Assembly (NCBI RefSeq): GCF_006345805.1
Contig: NC_043012.1
Span: forward strand, 8,184,001 to 8,248,000
Direction: 5' to 3'
Length of the DNA stretch: 64,000 nt
DNA from: Octopus sinensis
Lineage: Eukaryota
The stretch's first letter is position 1. Each line of letters starts with the position of its first letter. The notes under the pieces are model-generated. The model had not been told where the DNA came from, did no database searches, and saw only the letters and a list, made by a program, of their open reading frames with translations. This document shows positions 1-14,119 of this stretch, one piece after another. The translations under genes were made by a program, and so were the position numbers.

Positions 1-205
1 GAGACTTTGGTCGGCCCGAGGCAATAGTAGAAAACACATGCCCAAAGTGTCATGCAGTGGGACTGAACCTGGGACCATGTGGTTGGGAAGCAAACTTCTT
101 TACTACACAGCCACACCAATAGGATTTTTTTAAAACATCAAATGGCTGTGTGGGTCCAGCAGAGTAGAATAGGAATCAAAGGTTAAAAAAATAGTTGGGA
201 ACCAC

Positions 206-425
206 TCCTTTAGTATTTAAACTGGCCATATGCAGCCAAAACATTCTGCTTGCTCTATGTTCAGGCTGGCCACAACTGGCCTTTCACACCTACCCTACAA
301 CGTGATTCTAAAAATAAACAATTACACCAACAAAATCTCAAAGCTACAAAGTAATGCATGATTGATTCAGAACAACATGAACAGACAAGCATTATATTTG
401 AGAGAATTATGTGAATGCTAAAGGG
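206..425 (+). mobile_element. piggyBac-type MITE family 1
   Basis: Same internal sequence; right end aatgctaaaggg|TTAA. Confidence 0.75.
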
Positions 426-2128
426 TTAAAAAGATGAGCAAATGCATCAGTTTAAATTCATGTGAAGGGGAGGACTGTTTAAATAGGGCTGTGGAGTCGG
501 AGTTGTGGAGTCATCAGAAACAATACCAACTCCGACTCGCAATGTCTTTATTCTTTGATATAATGAACCAGTTATAACATAGAGGCTTATCCAAAGTACA
601 AGTGCATGCATATGCTTTATGAGATATGTAGACCACAATCATTTAATTACATAAAGAAGAGTCGGAGTCAGAGGTGCCAATAGTAGAGGAGTTGGAGTCA
701 AAGTTTTTTGTTTTGACTCGAGTCCTGGCAAAGAGGAGAATAATGTCAACAATAGTCATGGACATTGCTTAATGGGAGGTGAACCATGGAACAACAACAA
801 CAACAGTTCTAAGAGGAAGTTGTTACACTTCTTAGAACAATTGTTAAAGGCTAATTGATTAGCCTTTAAACTGACCATATCCGGCCCAAATATTCTTCCT
901 GATTCATGTTCAAATCAGCCACCCAACAATGTCATTCCTGAAGTAAAGAGTCACATCACTGAAATGATAAAGCTTACAAGACCATGCAGGGATAATTGAA
1001 AATAATGTAAATATATATATAGGTGCAGGAGTGGCTGTGTGGTAAGTAACAATGGCTAATTAGAAAAGTGTAGAAGTAAGAATTATCGAGATATGGAAGG
1101 TTGTTGACAGGAAGAGTATCCAGCCACAGAAACCAGGCTAAGTGACATGTATGAACATCAGTCTTAAGGAACAGCAGCTCCCTATAAGAAAAGGGATTGT
1201 GATGAGCAGTCCAACTCATGCCAGCATGGAACGCACACAAAATAACAATGATGATGACAATAGTGATGATGCATAAATACAAGGGGCTGCTGAAAAGTTC
1301 CTGGATTTGGGTGAAAGAAAATACAGGAGGATCAGTTAATTATGATTTTAACGAACCTATTCCTCTTTCAGGTTCAGACAATTCAGTGGTCCACGGCCTT
1401 TCTAAGCCCTGTAAGAGAACTCGGAAGGCTGGACCCCATCTAGGTCTTTCGTGATACCCTTAGAGCCAGGAACTTTACAGCATCCCATTGTGTGTGTGCA
1501 TGTGCATGCACGGAAAAGCAGATCATGAAGATGGTGATGATGATGTAGAGGAGGGGCCGTCACAGTCTTTAACGGTGTCCATAAAGTGTGCAGTTTAACA
1601 TGAATGTGACATTATTGTTAATTTAATTAACTAAAGAGGAGGGAGGGCTGGAGATGGAGAGCAGGTGAGGGGACGGCAATGATATGAATGAAAAACCAAG
1701 TGTGTCCTTGACGTTCTAGACAATTCAGTAAGAGTCAACGCCCACCTCCCCTTCGCACCGAAACTACATTCAGGTCATTGACATACGAAGGAGGAGGCAG
1801 GTGTGGGGGAGTGGGGCAGATACTCCCCCCCACCAACTTTGGGTGCACACCAGAGCAAATGTGCAACAAAGAGAGAGAGAGAGAGAGATAGCTGCATCAG
1901 CACACAGCCTGAAAATGCAGTTTGGCAGGAAGCCAACGACTGATGCAAGTGTGCAGCTATATACACACACGTGTGTGTATATTTAGACACAATAACAACA
2001 GCAGCAGCAGTAGCAGCGGCAGCAGCAAAAGTGTCAGCATTACCTGTAGAGAAGTACAAGTTGCATGACAGTTTTATTTTCCAACTAAATAATAAAATAC
2101 AAGTTCAATACATAACCACACCCACACA

Positions 2129-2173
<45 letters not shown>

Positions 2174-3315
2174 GTTCACTTATTCAAGCCACCACATGCA
2201 CATTATACACACATTTAATTATCAAAAAGGAGAAAAAGGAACACATGTTAAATAATATATGCTTAGATACGCTGTCTGAATAAAAGAAGGGATGGTTATG
2301 GCTGGAATGGTTGGACCATCTTGGACCAGCACTGACCGGAGGTTAAATAAAACTTAAATTTTATACAAGATTTATATACACATGTATATATTGTGGCTAA
2401 CATAATATACTATTATATATTCTGTAATATATAATCAAAATATCACTATATAATCTGAAGTGTATACTCTAAGAGCTATGGTATATAGCTCTATCATATG
2501 TGTATGTGGGGAGGCGCAACCGATGCTGGTGTGTTTACATCCCTGTAACTTAGCGGTTCGGCAAAAGAGACCAACAGAATAAGTACTAGGCTTACAACGA
2601 ATAAGTCCTGGGGTCGATTTGCTTGGCTAAAGGTGGTGCTCCAGAATGGCCACAGTCAAATGGCTGAAACAAGTAAAAGAGTAAAGAGAGTAAAAAAAGA
2701 GAGAGTAGTTGAATATACTATTAGTCTAAGACTGGAATAGCATCGGAAAATGGCCATATACACACACACACACACATGCGTGTCTGTGAGAGAGAGTGTG
2801 TGTGTGAGTGTGTGTGTGTGTGTGAGCATGTATGCTTGTGGGTATGTTTACAGTCTGAATCTCTACATGAAAAGCATTGAGTAATAACTTATGTTTGTGG
2901 ACATCCCTCACTGACAAAAATCCTCATCCTTACAGCTCTTATCTTTCCAAAGATTAGTGAAATAAAAAAAAAAAACATCTGTTACTTAAAAAAAAACAGA
3001 GAAAGGTTAGGAAGAGGGAGAAGGGGATCTGGCTGCATAAACACACTACTTCAATAATGTATATTTTGTCCAACCCATGCCAGCGTGGAAAAACAGCTAA
3101 ACAAACAAACGAATGACCAAAGGAATGAAACTAAAATCTCAAATATAAAATTGTATGAAAATCAGTTGAAGAATTTAGCAAAGATTTTCTACAGAAATGT
3201 CCACAAATATTTTGTCCCAACAGAGTCTGTATTTACATAAACATACATCAGATACAAGGACTGTGATAAATTACACCCACACACACTCATGTATGTACAT
3301 GTGTGTGTGTGTGAG

Positions 3316-3352
<37 letters not shown>

Positions 3353-4715
3353 CCTCTTTTGCATATCGGCTATCTTGCCCCCTCACCTAGCTCCCTTCCT
3401 TTCCACATTATTTTAAGAATCCAACATCTATTTCTGTCCATTATTTCATTCTTTTGTGTGTGTGTGTGTGTGTGTGTGTGCATGCGTACATGTGATGTGT
3501 GTGTCATTGTCATCATTTAATGCTTATTTTCAATGATGCCATTGATGAAATAAAGTGTCTTGCTCAAGAACACAACACACTATCCAGTCTGGGAATCGAA
3601 ATCACTACCTCATGTTTGTGACCCCAACACTCTAACCACTGAGCCATGCACCTTCACCACTAACACCCACATTACACTAATATACAACTACAACAGTAAG
3701 ATGTGATGTGGAAGATAAAGTTTTACTGGAAAATATTTCAACTTTTCACCTGTTTCATAACAGAATATCCTTAATGAAAACTAATTAATATGTATTAGTG
3801 CAGCTTAATTAGAAAGTATTGAACTTCAATGGCGTTAGCCCTGCCTTTCCATAGATAGTCTATCCAGAGTACATTGAACCTAAGAATCACCATCATCATC
3901 ATTTGTCTGTCTTCCATGCTGTTATGGTTTGAACATGAAGGTGTGTGGCTTAGTGGTTAGGGTATTCGGCTCACAATCATAAGGTCAGGAGTTCAATTCC
4001 TGGTGACACATTTTGTGCTCTTGATAAAAACACTTTATTTGTTGTCGCTACTCAGCTGACAAAAATGAGTAGTACCTGTATTTCAAAGGGCCAGCCTTGT
4101 CACACTTTGTGTCATGCTGAATCTCACTGAGAACTACGTTAAGGGTACACGTGTCTGTGGAGTGCTCAGCCACTTGTATGCTAATTTCACAAGCAGGCTG
4201 TTTTGTTGTCTGGATCGACTGGATCCCTTGTCATCATGACCAACAGAGTGCCAGCACGGTTTGACAGGATCTGATGAGTCAGAGGACTGCACAATGTCCC
4301 AATGTCTACTTTGGAATGGTTTCTACAGCCAGGTGCCCTTCCCTTCCTAATGCCAACCACTACACACAATGGACTGGATTTCCATTTGTGACACTAGCAT
4401 GAGTGACGATTGCCTTGTAACAGCTAAGGCCTTGAAGTGGATCCTATAATAGGGAGGAGAACAGAAGAGAGAGCGACTGCTGATCCTAGGTTGGGAAGGA
4501 ACAAGGGAATGGTAAGGGGAAGCTGGGGGAGTATGGCAGGAAACAGAGAAAAGTAACAGAGTTGACAAAAAGGGAGGGATAGATTTAGAAAGGTGATAGG
4601 GTGGGTTACATAAGAGTAGGGCAAAGATTTAGGGCTATTTAACGTTATAAGAAGCAAATTTGGAGGTGTGAGGGGAAGGGGGAAAAAAGGGAATGCAGCA
4701 GACTAGGGTGTAGAG

Positions 4716-4965
4716 CAGCGTTTCTCAACAGGGGTTCCCCTGAAACTCTAGGGTTCTGCAAAAGGTTCCTAGGGGTTCCGCAAGAAAGAATGAGATAAGC
4801 TAATGCTAATTTCATGAGTGTAATATATATATATTTACCACATGAACTATGATGAAAAATGTGAGAAAGATATGGTATATAATTTTCTTTTTTTGTGCAG
4901 GGGTTCTTTGAGATATGTAATTTATTTTAAGGGTTACACAAGAGTAAAATGGTTGAGAAATACTG
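4716..4965. mobile_element. hAT (Charlie-like) MITE
   Basis: TIRs CAGCGTTTCTCAAC / GTTGAGAAATACTG; 8-bp TSD gtgtagag / atgtagag. Confidence 0.85.
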
Positions 4966-5049
4966 ATGTAGAGGAATCCTAAGGGAGTTACTGAGAGTAT
5001 CGCACCATAGCTAATGGCAACACAGAAGTATTTAATGTAGCAGTATTAA

Positions 5050-5280
5050 GGCGTCGAGCTGGCAGAAACTTTAGCACGCCGGGCGAAATGCTTAGCGATA
5101 TTTCATCTGCCGCTACGTTCTGAGTTCAAATTTTGCCGAGGTCGACTTTGCCTTTCATCCTTTCAGGGTCGATTAAATGAGTACCAGTTACGCACTGGGG
5201 TTGATATAATCGGCTTAATCCATTTGTCTATCCTTGTTTGTCCCCTCTATGTTTAGCCCCTTGTGGGCAATAAAGAAAAA
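5050..5280 (+). mobile_element. SINE family C (central domain resembles the Meta domain)
   Basis: GGCGNCGAGCTGGCAGAA head, GAGTTCAAATT box, GCCTTTCATCCTTTC(G)GGGTCGAT...AGTACCAG centre and GTGGGCAATAAAGAAA tail. Other copies at ~8850-8990, 9090-9215, 14600-15270 (cluster), 15720-15900, 24120-24350, 32020-32170, 41975-42350, 49260-49420 and 57700-58100. Confidence 0.8.
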
Positions 5281-5289
5281 AGTATTAAG

Positions 5290-5700
5290 TACCATTACCC
5301 CAAGCTCCACATGAGGGCCCTGAATATCTCACAGCATAAGTACAAGACCAAAGAGAAGATTTATGGACACATTCTACCCATCTTTACCATTATTGCTCAA
5401 TGCCAAGAAGTAGGAGACTTTGTTAGCCGTTGCTATTGTGCTTAGACACCAAGTCATGTCAGATGTTATATTTCCAGAAACTTTTGCATCCTAAAACAGG
5501 ACAAAGACCACCTGACTCCTCAATTTTTTAACAGAGACAGAGAATATGATGCTGAGGATCTACCAAAGCTAATGGCTGGGATTCCTGGTGTCACATTGTG
5601 AGGTGCATCTCAGTAGGCTGCACCAGGCTGCAATCTAGAAACCTTGACGAAGCTGTTTTAATAACATTACCAGTCAAGTGCTATTATCACGACAACAGTC
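5290..5700 (+). pseudogene. Highly decayed RTE-like LINE remnant
   Basis: Weak similarity to the RT C-terminal region; shares gaaaccttgacgaa with ~43910. Confidence 0.35.
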
Positions 5701-6289
5701 GGATTTCATAAAGTACTTTTAACTGCAAAGTACTACTAAGTACTTTACAGTAAATTTTAGTTATATACTAGTAGTTAAGCACCTACTACAGTCAGTCTTT
5801 ATACAATATTACTAGTCATTTACTACTACCACCACTACTACTACTACTACCACTACTACTACCATTACTACTACCATTACTACTACCACTACCACTACTA
5901 CTACCACTACTACAGCTAGTACTTTTTTATGGAGAAGAATATATATTTAGCTGTTGCCTCTGTATACTGAAACTATTTCATATTCTCAGAAAGACCGACA
6001 GGCATACAGACAGACAGACATACTCAGAGGCGTACAGTCATACAAAGACATACACACACACACACACACGACAGGCAGATGTGCATGCATGTGGACACTT
6101 TCAGACAGACAACTACCAATATGACATGTTGATCAGTTTATCCAACAGCATGAATTAGCCATTAACACCACCACCACAAACTACTACTAGTGTCATCACT
6201 ACCATTTCGACAACTAGTACGGCCACCGTCATCATCACTAATATCACCGTAACTGCTACTATAATTATTATCACCACCGCCACCATTCT

Positions 6290-6330
<41 letters not shown>

Positions 6331-6419
6331 GCACCCCTGGTATGATTAGCCTGTAAACAATATCTATGAGAAAAGAGGAGGGTGTGGTTGGTTCTAACAT
6401 CTATTCCATTAAAGATTTA

Positions 6420-6488
6420 AAGTGAAAGTTAGTGTGTGTGTGTGAGAGAGAGAGAGAAAGAGAGTGAGTGAGTGTGTGTGTAAGAGTA

Positions 6489-6546
<58 letters not shown>

Positions 6547-6626
6547 GATATATATATATATATACACACACACACATATATATACACACACACACATATA
6601 TATACACACACACACACACATATAAT

Positions 6627-6663
<37 letters not shown>

Positions 6664-6714
6664 TATATACACACACACACATATATATATACACACACAC
6701 ACACACATATATAT

Positions 6715-6745
<31 letters not shown>

Positions 6746-6830
6746 CACACACATATATATACACACACATATATATATACATACACACATATAGAGAGAG
6801 TGTGTGGGGAGTGTATATATGTGTGTGTGT
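6420..6830. repeat. Compound (TG)/(GA)/(TA)/(CA) microsatellite
   Basis: Seen directly; source of several spurious ORFs. Confidence 0.95.
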
Positions 6831-7075
6831 GTAAATAAGTGAAAAACTTGTAGCGTGTAGATATATGTTGTTATGTGCTGTTATATGTAAATGAATGTAC
6901 GCAGGTGTGTGTGTACAGGTTACTTGTGTGCGTCTTTAATATAAAAACAACAACAACAACAAAAGCCTAACAGTGTATCATAGCTATGTTTGGATAGCTG
7001 TTAATTAACTGGTTGTTTGTTATGTTACTAATGATGGTGTAGGGTGGAAGGAGAGTGGGGTGTAGGAACTCCTGC

Positions 7076-7124
<49 letters not shown>

Positions 7125-7639
7125 TCCCCTCCAGACAAACTTTAAAAGCTTTTTCCTTTCTTCAACAGAATTTTCTTTGATTGAACATCTAATATGACGT
7201 CCATTGGTAATTATATATAGATTCTTAATTAGGTCTTTGTTTTAACGAGATATATTTGAAAATATCGCTTTCTTATGAAAATACTGCGTATTTTATTTCA
7301 TTTACCAAACAAGATAGACACACGCTTACGAGAACACACACACGCAGGAATACACACATCTGTCTCATCTCATAAATACACTATATTTAATTAAGACTTA
7401 TTTGGATTAAGATAACAATAAATGAAGAAAACAATGAGAACTTAACGAGCCTTCCCCATTAGTGTATAACTGCTATCAGGTTTATTGAAAAAAATAACAA
7501 AATCAATTGTAATACTATATAAGATTTAAATGGGCCAATGAAGCAACTTCTATTCTAGGGGTTTGGTACCAACAAGGGGTTCTCTGTGAGTAAGGGACGT
7601 TTTCTAAAAAATTTTCGAATTTAACTCTTTTACAGTTAA

Positions 7640-7853
7640 TCCTTTAGCATTTAAACCGGTCATATCCGGCCCAAATATTCTACTTCAAACTGGCCAAACC
7701 CAGCATCTCACACCTCTCACACCTATCCTACAATGTCGTTTTAAAAATAAACAATCACATCTTTGAAATCTCTAAGTTACAAAATAATTAATTTTTAAAA
7801 ACATGGATAAATAAGCAACACACATTTGACAGAGTAATTTAAATGCTAAAGGG
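7640..7853 (+). mobile_element. piggyBac-type MITE family 1, followed by a fused partial copy to ~8040
   Basis: TTAA-tcctttagcattt...aaatgctaaaggg-TTAA. Confidence 0.8.
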
Positions 7854-8361
7854 TTAAACCAGCCATATCTGGCCCAAATATATTCTACTTGTTCTATGTT
7901 CAAATTAGCCGGATCTGGTCTCTCACACCTACCCTACAATGTTATTCTAAAAATATACAATTGCATCATCAAAATCTTGAAGCTATGAGAAAACGCTGTG
8001 TTAATTCATAACAATGTGAATAAATAGGGATTACATTTGACAATGCCAATCACTCCGAGAGTGCAGTGGGTGCTTTTTATGGGCCACAGGCACAGGAGCC
8101 GGTCAAAGGGCAATGGCACCAACCACATTCGGATGGTGGCACGTAAAAAGTATCATCCAAACACGGTCGATGCCAGTGCCCTCTGACTGGCTCTCATGCC
8201 AGTGGCACATAAATGGCACCCACTACACTCTCGGAATGGTTGGCATTAGGAAAGGCATCCAGCTGTAGAAACCTTGCCAGATCAGACTGGAGCCTGGTGC
8301 AGCCCACTGGCATACCAGTCCTCAGTCATAACATCCAACCCATGCCAGCATGGAAAGCAGA

Positions 8362-8590
8362 TACTCTTTTTACTCTTTTACTTGTTTCAGTCATTTGACT
8401 GCGGCCATGCTGGAGCACCGTCTTTAATCGAGCAACTCGACCCCGGGACTTGTTCTTTTGTAAGCCCAGTACTTATTCTATCGGTCTCTTTTGCCGAACC
8501 GCTAAGTAACGGGGACATAAACACACCAACATCGGTTGTCAAGCGATGCTAGGGGGACAAACACAGACACTCAAACATATACACACACAT

Positions 8591-8629
<39 letters not shown>

Positions 8630-8795
8630 TAATACGGGCTTCTTTCAGTTTCTGTCTACCAAATCCACTCACAAGGCTTTGGTCGGCCCGAGACTATAGC
8701 AGAAGACACTTGCCCAAGGTGCCACGCAGTGGGACTGAACCCGGAACCATGTGGTTGGTAAACAAGCTACTTACCACACAGCCACTCCTGTGCCT
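8362..8795 (-). mobile_element. tRNA-derived SINE family A, full length
   Basis: A/B-box-like head (TGGCTGTGTGG...GGTTCAGTCC), CORE-like CCTTGGGCAAGT, internal (TA)/(TG)n, and a tail ending GAAACAAGTAAAAGAG. Confidence 0.85.
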
Positions 8796-9950
8796 ATGTT
8801 AAACAATGATGATGATGGTAAAGGAAATCGATGGCACAGGGCCAACAATTACGGGGGGTGGTGAGGAGGAAGCTCATTACAATGGCCTCAGTACTTGACT
8901 GGTACTTATTTTATAGATCCTGAAAGGATGAAAGACCAAGTGAACATTGGCAAGAATTTGAACTCAAAATATAAAAATGGACAAAATGCTGCTAAACATT
9001 TCATCTGGCATGCCAACAATTTTACCAGACTGCCATCCTCATAATAATAATAATAATAGTAATAATAATAATAATAATAATAGTTTCAAAATTTTCCACA
9101 AGGGCAGCCATGTTTTGGGGGGAGGAGATGAGTCGATTGCATTGACCCGTGTTCTACTGGTACTTAATTTATCAACCTCAAAAGGATGAACGGCAAAGTC
9201 AACCTCGAAAGGATGAAAAGCAGAGTCGCATCTGATACATGTGAGTACATGAGTCATATCCAGTGTGTTGATCACATCTGATGTATATGTAAGTTACATC
9301 TGGTTTGTGTATGTGAGTCATATCTGGTGTATATGTGTGAGTGTGTTAGTGTGTGTGTGTGTATGAATGTAGAGTATATGAGTGTGTTAGTGTGTGTGTG
9401 TGTATGAATGTAGAGTATATGTAAGTCACGTTTGCAATGTATGTGTATGAGAGAGAGAGGGGGGAGTCACAACTATTTTAACCTTTGTCAGGACCCTTCC
9501 CTCACTCCTGCCCCCTATATTCCAAACAACAGTACAAGAAATGACAGAAGAGAGTTCAGATTTCTAATTTGGTTGTAATGGAATCTTGTCAACTGATGGA
9601 TCCATTACACTTCCACAAACTTTTAATTAAACCTAATGAGTAATTAGTTTCACAAAAATAAACAACAACAGTTCTACATATTAGCAAGAATATTTGAACG
9701 CAGAGTTAGGAAGGAATGGTTTCTTTATATCAACATACCATTCTGTTCTGAACAAGAGTTTACCCAGAACAAATCTGAGAAATTATCAAAAAATATAAGT
9801 ATTTAGAGACTGCACCATTATAGGGCAAAGGAGTGGGTGACTGTTCCTGTGAAAATGAGAGATTCTCTCTACCCATTCTATCCCCCCCCCTGTACTCTCC
9901 CTTTCCTCCTCACACACATTATTTTCCTTTCTCCCTCTCAAACACACACA

Positions 9951-10344
9951 AGGCGCAGGAGTGGCTGTGTGGTAAGTAGCTTGCTAACCAACCACATGGT
10001 TCCGGGTTCAGTCCCACTGCATGGCATCTTGGGCAAGTGTCTTCTGCTATAGCCCCGGGCCGACCAATGCCTTGTGAGTGGATTTGGGAGATGGAAACTG
10101 AAAGAAGCCTGTCGTATATATGTATATATATGTATGTGTGTGTGTGTTTGTCCCCCTAGCATTGCTTGACAACCAATACCGGTGTGTTTACATCCCCGTC
10201 ACTTAGCGGTTCAGCAAAAGAGACCGATAGAATAAGTACTGGGCTTACAAAGAATAAGTCCTGGGATCGATTTGCTCGACTAAAGGTGGTGCTCCAGCAT
10301 GGCCGCAGTCAAATGACTGAAACAAGTAAAAGAGAAAAGAGAGT
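9951..10344 (+). mobile_element. SINE family A, full length
   Basis: As above. Confidence 0.85.
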
Positions 10345-12535
10345 AAGCTCTCTTTCTCTCAGTCAATCCTCTACTCTCTCCCTCCCTCACATACAAACTC
10401 TTCCTCATCCTTTCTTTCTTTCTTTCTTTCTTTCAATCTTTCTTTCGAAAGCAACAAGATGAAACAGTTTGTGGTGATCTGAAGTTATTTAAGACTGATC
10501 ATCAGGTGAAACAAATAAGGAGATTGTTGGGAAAATAAACAACAGAAAGATAATATATTTTGGAATTTATTAGTGGTTCTGTTACTTTTACAGAGATGGG
10601 GGGGGGATAAGATATAAACACAATGATGGTAGTGGTGGTGATGGAGACTGTAAGAAACAAGACAGATTAACATTCCTCGGTGAAGATTGCTGGAAGAGAG
10701 ACCCAAAAGATAATCTTAATGGAGATTAAATGAAGGTAGACAAAATATATAACAGTGATAAATGTAAGATGATAGACATGGATATAATGTAAGAAGGCAG
10801 ATCAATATATAATACTGGTGGAGATTATAAGAACATGGATATCTGTCTATCTAGCTAGCTCGCCATTCGTCATGTTAGTTACTGAATAAGTAATCTTCTA
10901 GATTTACCTTGCTTATTTGTATGCGTTTCAAATTTTACCTAAGGACGGTGGATTTACGCTTATGATGTAATCTATGAAAGCATGAATAGAATGGTACCAA
11001 AACAGTTGTAGTAAATTTTAAACCCCCACTTGTGCTCTCTTATATCTATCTAAATTTATATTTGAGTAGTAGAATGAATTATCTTGTTATGGATAATTCG
11101 GTTAACCGATACCTGGGTAGCAAATTCACATCGTCGAAAATAAAGGAATTTTGTTAATTCGTCGTTCAACTCCATTCTTTCATATATCTAAATTTATATA
11201 TATATATATATATATATATAAAGGTTTGTTTTTATGTGAAGTTAAAAACAATTCATACCTATAAGTAGGGGACAACTTTTACAAGGAAAAGGTTGACAGG
11301 GACTTCAAAGTTTCATTCTCCTCACCTTCAGGCTGATGAAGGCAGACAAACTGAAATGTCAAAGTCGCTGGCAACCTTTCACTTGTAAATATTTATACAT
11401 CTGTGAGTGTGTGTTGGCACTTGTGCCAGTGGTACGTGAAAAACAACATTCAAGCGAGGGCGTTGCCAGTGCCGCTGGACTGGCTCCTGTGCAGGTGACA
11501 TGGAAAAACACCATTTGAGCGTGCCCATTGCCAGTACCGCCTGACTGGCCCTTGTGCCGGTGGAACGTAAAAGCACCCACTACACTCTTGGAGTGGTTGG
11601 CGTTAGGAAGGGCATCCAACTGTAGAAACTCTGCCAGATCAGATTGGAGCCTGGTGCAGCCATCTGGCTCACCAGTCCCCAGTCAAACCGTCTAACCCAT
11701 GCCAGCATGGAAAGCGGACGTTAAACGATGATGATGATGATACGCACAGACATATGTATATATGCATGTACATATATAGATAGATATACACATACACAAA
11801 GAGCGCACCATGTTTTGGTGGATAAACTTTAACAGGGCACAAATTGAAGACAACTTGGCACAACAGGCACCAAATTCTAACTTTCCTATGTCTCTTTCAG
11901 ACCCAACACTGTCAACATGGAAGATTCCAATCTAGTAAAGGCTTGAAATTTCGGGGGAGGGGACCACTTGAAACCTAGAGTTTCGAGAGAAATGTACATT
12001 AATGGTGATTCTAAAATGATGTTACACAGACAGGTTTGTTTACTTAGTACTTCCTTGGGTCTATTGATCTCCACAATCAATAAGTCTGAGTACCAGTAGT
12101 ACACTAGGGCTTCTTTTAATTGACCTACACCATTAGATGTCTGTATCACAAAAACATGTGCCCCCATCATCACCACTTTCTCAGCTTACAGGTTTGTCTT
12201 CAGAATGAGATGGAATTTTCTTAGAAAATCTCTCTCTCCTTCCCTTTCTCTACTCTCTCTGTCTGCCCTTTCTTCCCCCTCTCTCTCTCTCTTTGAGATG
12301 TAAACTTGTTGTTTATGGTGTCACCAGAGACATCTTTTTATGGGAAAAGTGATAAAGAAGGTGATGTTGAGTGAAGCATTTAGGAGAGACAGAGGAAAGA
12401 GGAGAGGATTATGGGGAAATAAAACAGTGATAAGGAGAAGAGGAAAGATAATGGTAGAATGAAGAATAAAAAAGAGGGGAAAAAAAATCTGTAAATAACC
12501 TTTCCAAAGTGACATTATTCCTTCTTTTGAGACAA

Positions 12536-12580
<45 letters not shown>

Positions 12581-13144
12581 TTATGTAGAGATTGTGTAGT
12601 AACAATGTAGAAAAAGAAAGGGAGTGGAAAGACTGAAAGAAGAGAGAGAGAGAAAGGGAGAGAGAGAGAGAAAGGGAGTGTGTAGTGAAATTGAATGTAA
12701 GAATGATAGAATGTGAAGAAAGGGCATGATAAAAGAGAGAGAAAGAGAGAGAGACAGTGCGTGAGTGTATAATGAGAGTGTGTAGAAGAGGAAAAGTGTA
12801 GAAATAAATAGTAAATAACAAACACATAACTGTCTTACAACTGTTTGTAAGGAAATATAAGACTTGATAAGGACTTCTGAGGTTGGGGGAGGTGGCCACC
12901 CCACAGCCACCTTTAATTCCTCTCTCTCTCTCTCTTTGCCTTCCACTCCCCTCCCTCGTGTCTTTTGGCAGAACAATGGAGAGAAGAGAAAGCAGTGTTA
13001 CTCTGCTTCACTATTCAGTAAAAAACACATTCTTTAAATCCTGCCAGAAAAATGTAAGGAATGTTAAAGAACTCTTCAGACACTTTCAATAGAAAATTGT
13101 TTTAAATCTTCAGAATTGACACTATATATATATGTGTGCATGTG

Positions 13145-13189
<45 letters not shown>

Positions 13190-13232
13190 ATACACACACA
13201 CACAAACATGCATATATGTATGCGTGTCTGTG

Positions 13233-13277
<45 letters not shown>

Positions 13278-14119
13278 GTGCGCTTTAAAACACACATGCA
13301 TCTTTAAATAATGCACTGTGGATGCACATATGTATGGGGTGGTGTAGGAGTATATACAGGGAGTGGGGAGAACAATGTGTAAAGTGAAATAGATTTTTGA
13401 CACCACTTGTGTGTGTGTGTGTGCATTTATGTGGTGCATTATGTGGATGTAGATGTGTGTATGTGTATATATATATACATATATACATGCACACCCGTTC
13501 AGTATCAGCTTTTCCATGCTTGCATGGGTAGGACAGAGATATATCTGAAGCAGGATTTTACAGCTAGATGCTCTCCCTGTCCCCAACCTTCACCTGTTTT
13601 TCTACTATTCCAAGAGCAACCAGGTAATAATCACTAAGGTCAACACCCTCTACATTAACCAAATATTGAATTTACTTGAATAAGGAAAATGAAATACAGG
13701 TACCTGTACATTAGTATAAAAGATACAAGTTTATTAATACTATATTGTAAAAGGTACCAGCAGACTAATCTGGTGGCTGCAAGAATTTGAAGTTCCTGCT
13801 CATAAATTAGTGCAAATTATTAGGGGTTCCAGATTATCACTTTCTAGAAAGTCAGTACCTGTGTGTGTGTGTGTAGGCGCGCGCGCGCGCGCATGCACAC
13901 ACATATTCACAGAGAGAGAAATTTATATAATCACAAAAAGAATTCTTTACATTATTATATGTAACGACTATATATTATATAACCATAAAAATGACTATTC
14001 TCTATATTATTTACTAAATGTAATGTATACTTACTATACGGTACATTTATTAGTTTTTAACTAATAAACAATCAACACAAAAGTTATCAACAATTTTACA
14101 GCTTTATTGTACTTGTGAT

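Noticed and set aside
4270-4292. CTGATGA-GTC(AGAG)GAC resembling hammerhead core plus stem II (similar at ~23581)
   Set aside because: It is followed by TGCAC rather than GAAA, and lies in the antisense of an RTE tail.
11886-12176. 96-aa minus-strand ORF in non-repeat sequence
   Set aside because: No recognisable domain and no convincing minus-strand splice sites.
10930-13710. Other AG|GT motifs on the minus strand (~10938, 11259, ~13703)
   Set aside because: Weak pyrimidine tract or weak donor, or located inside probable repeats.
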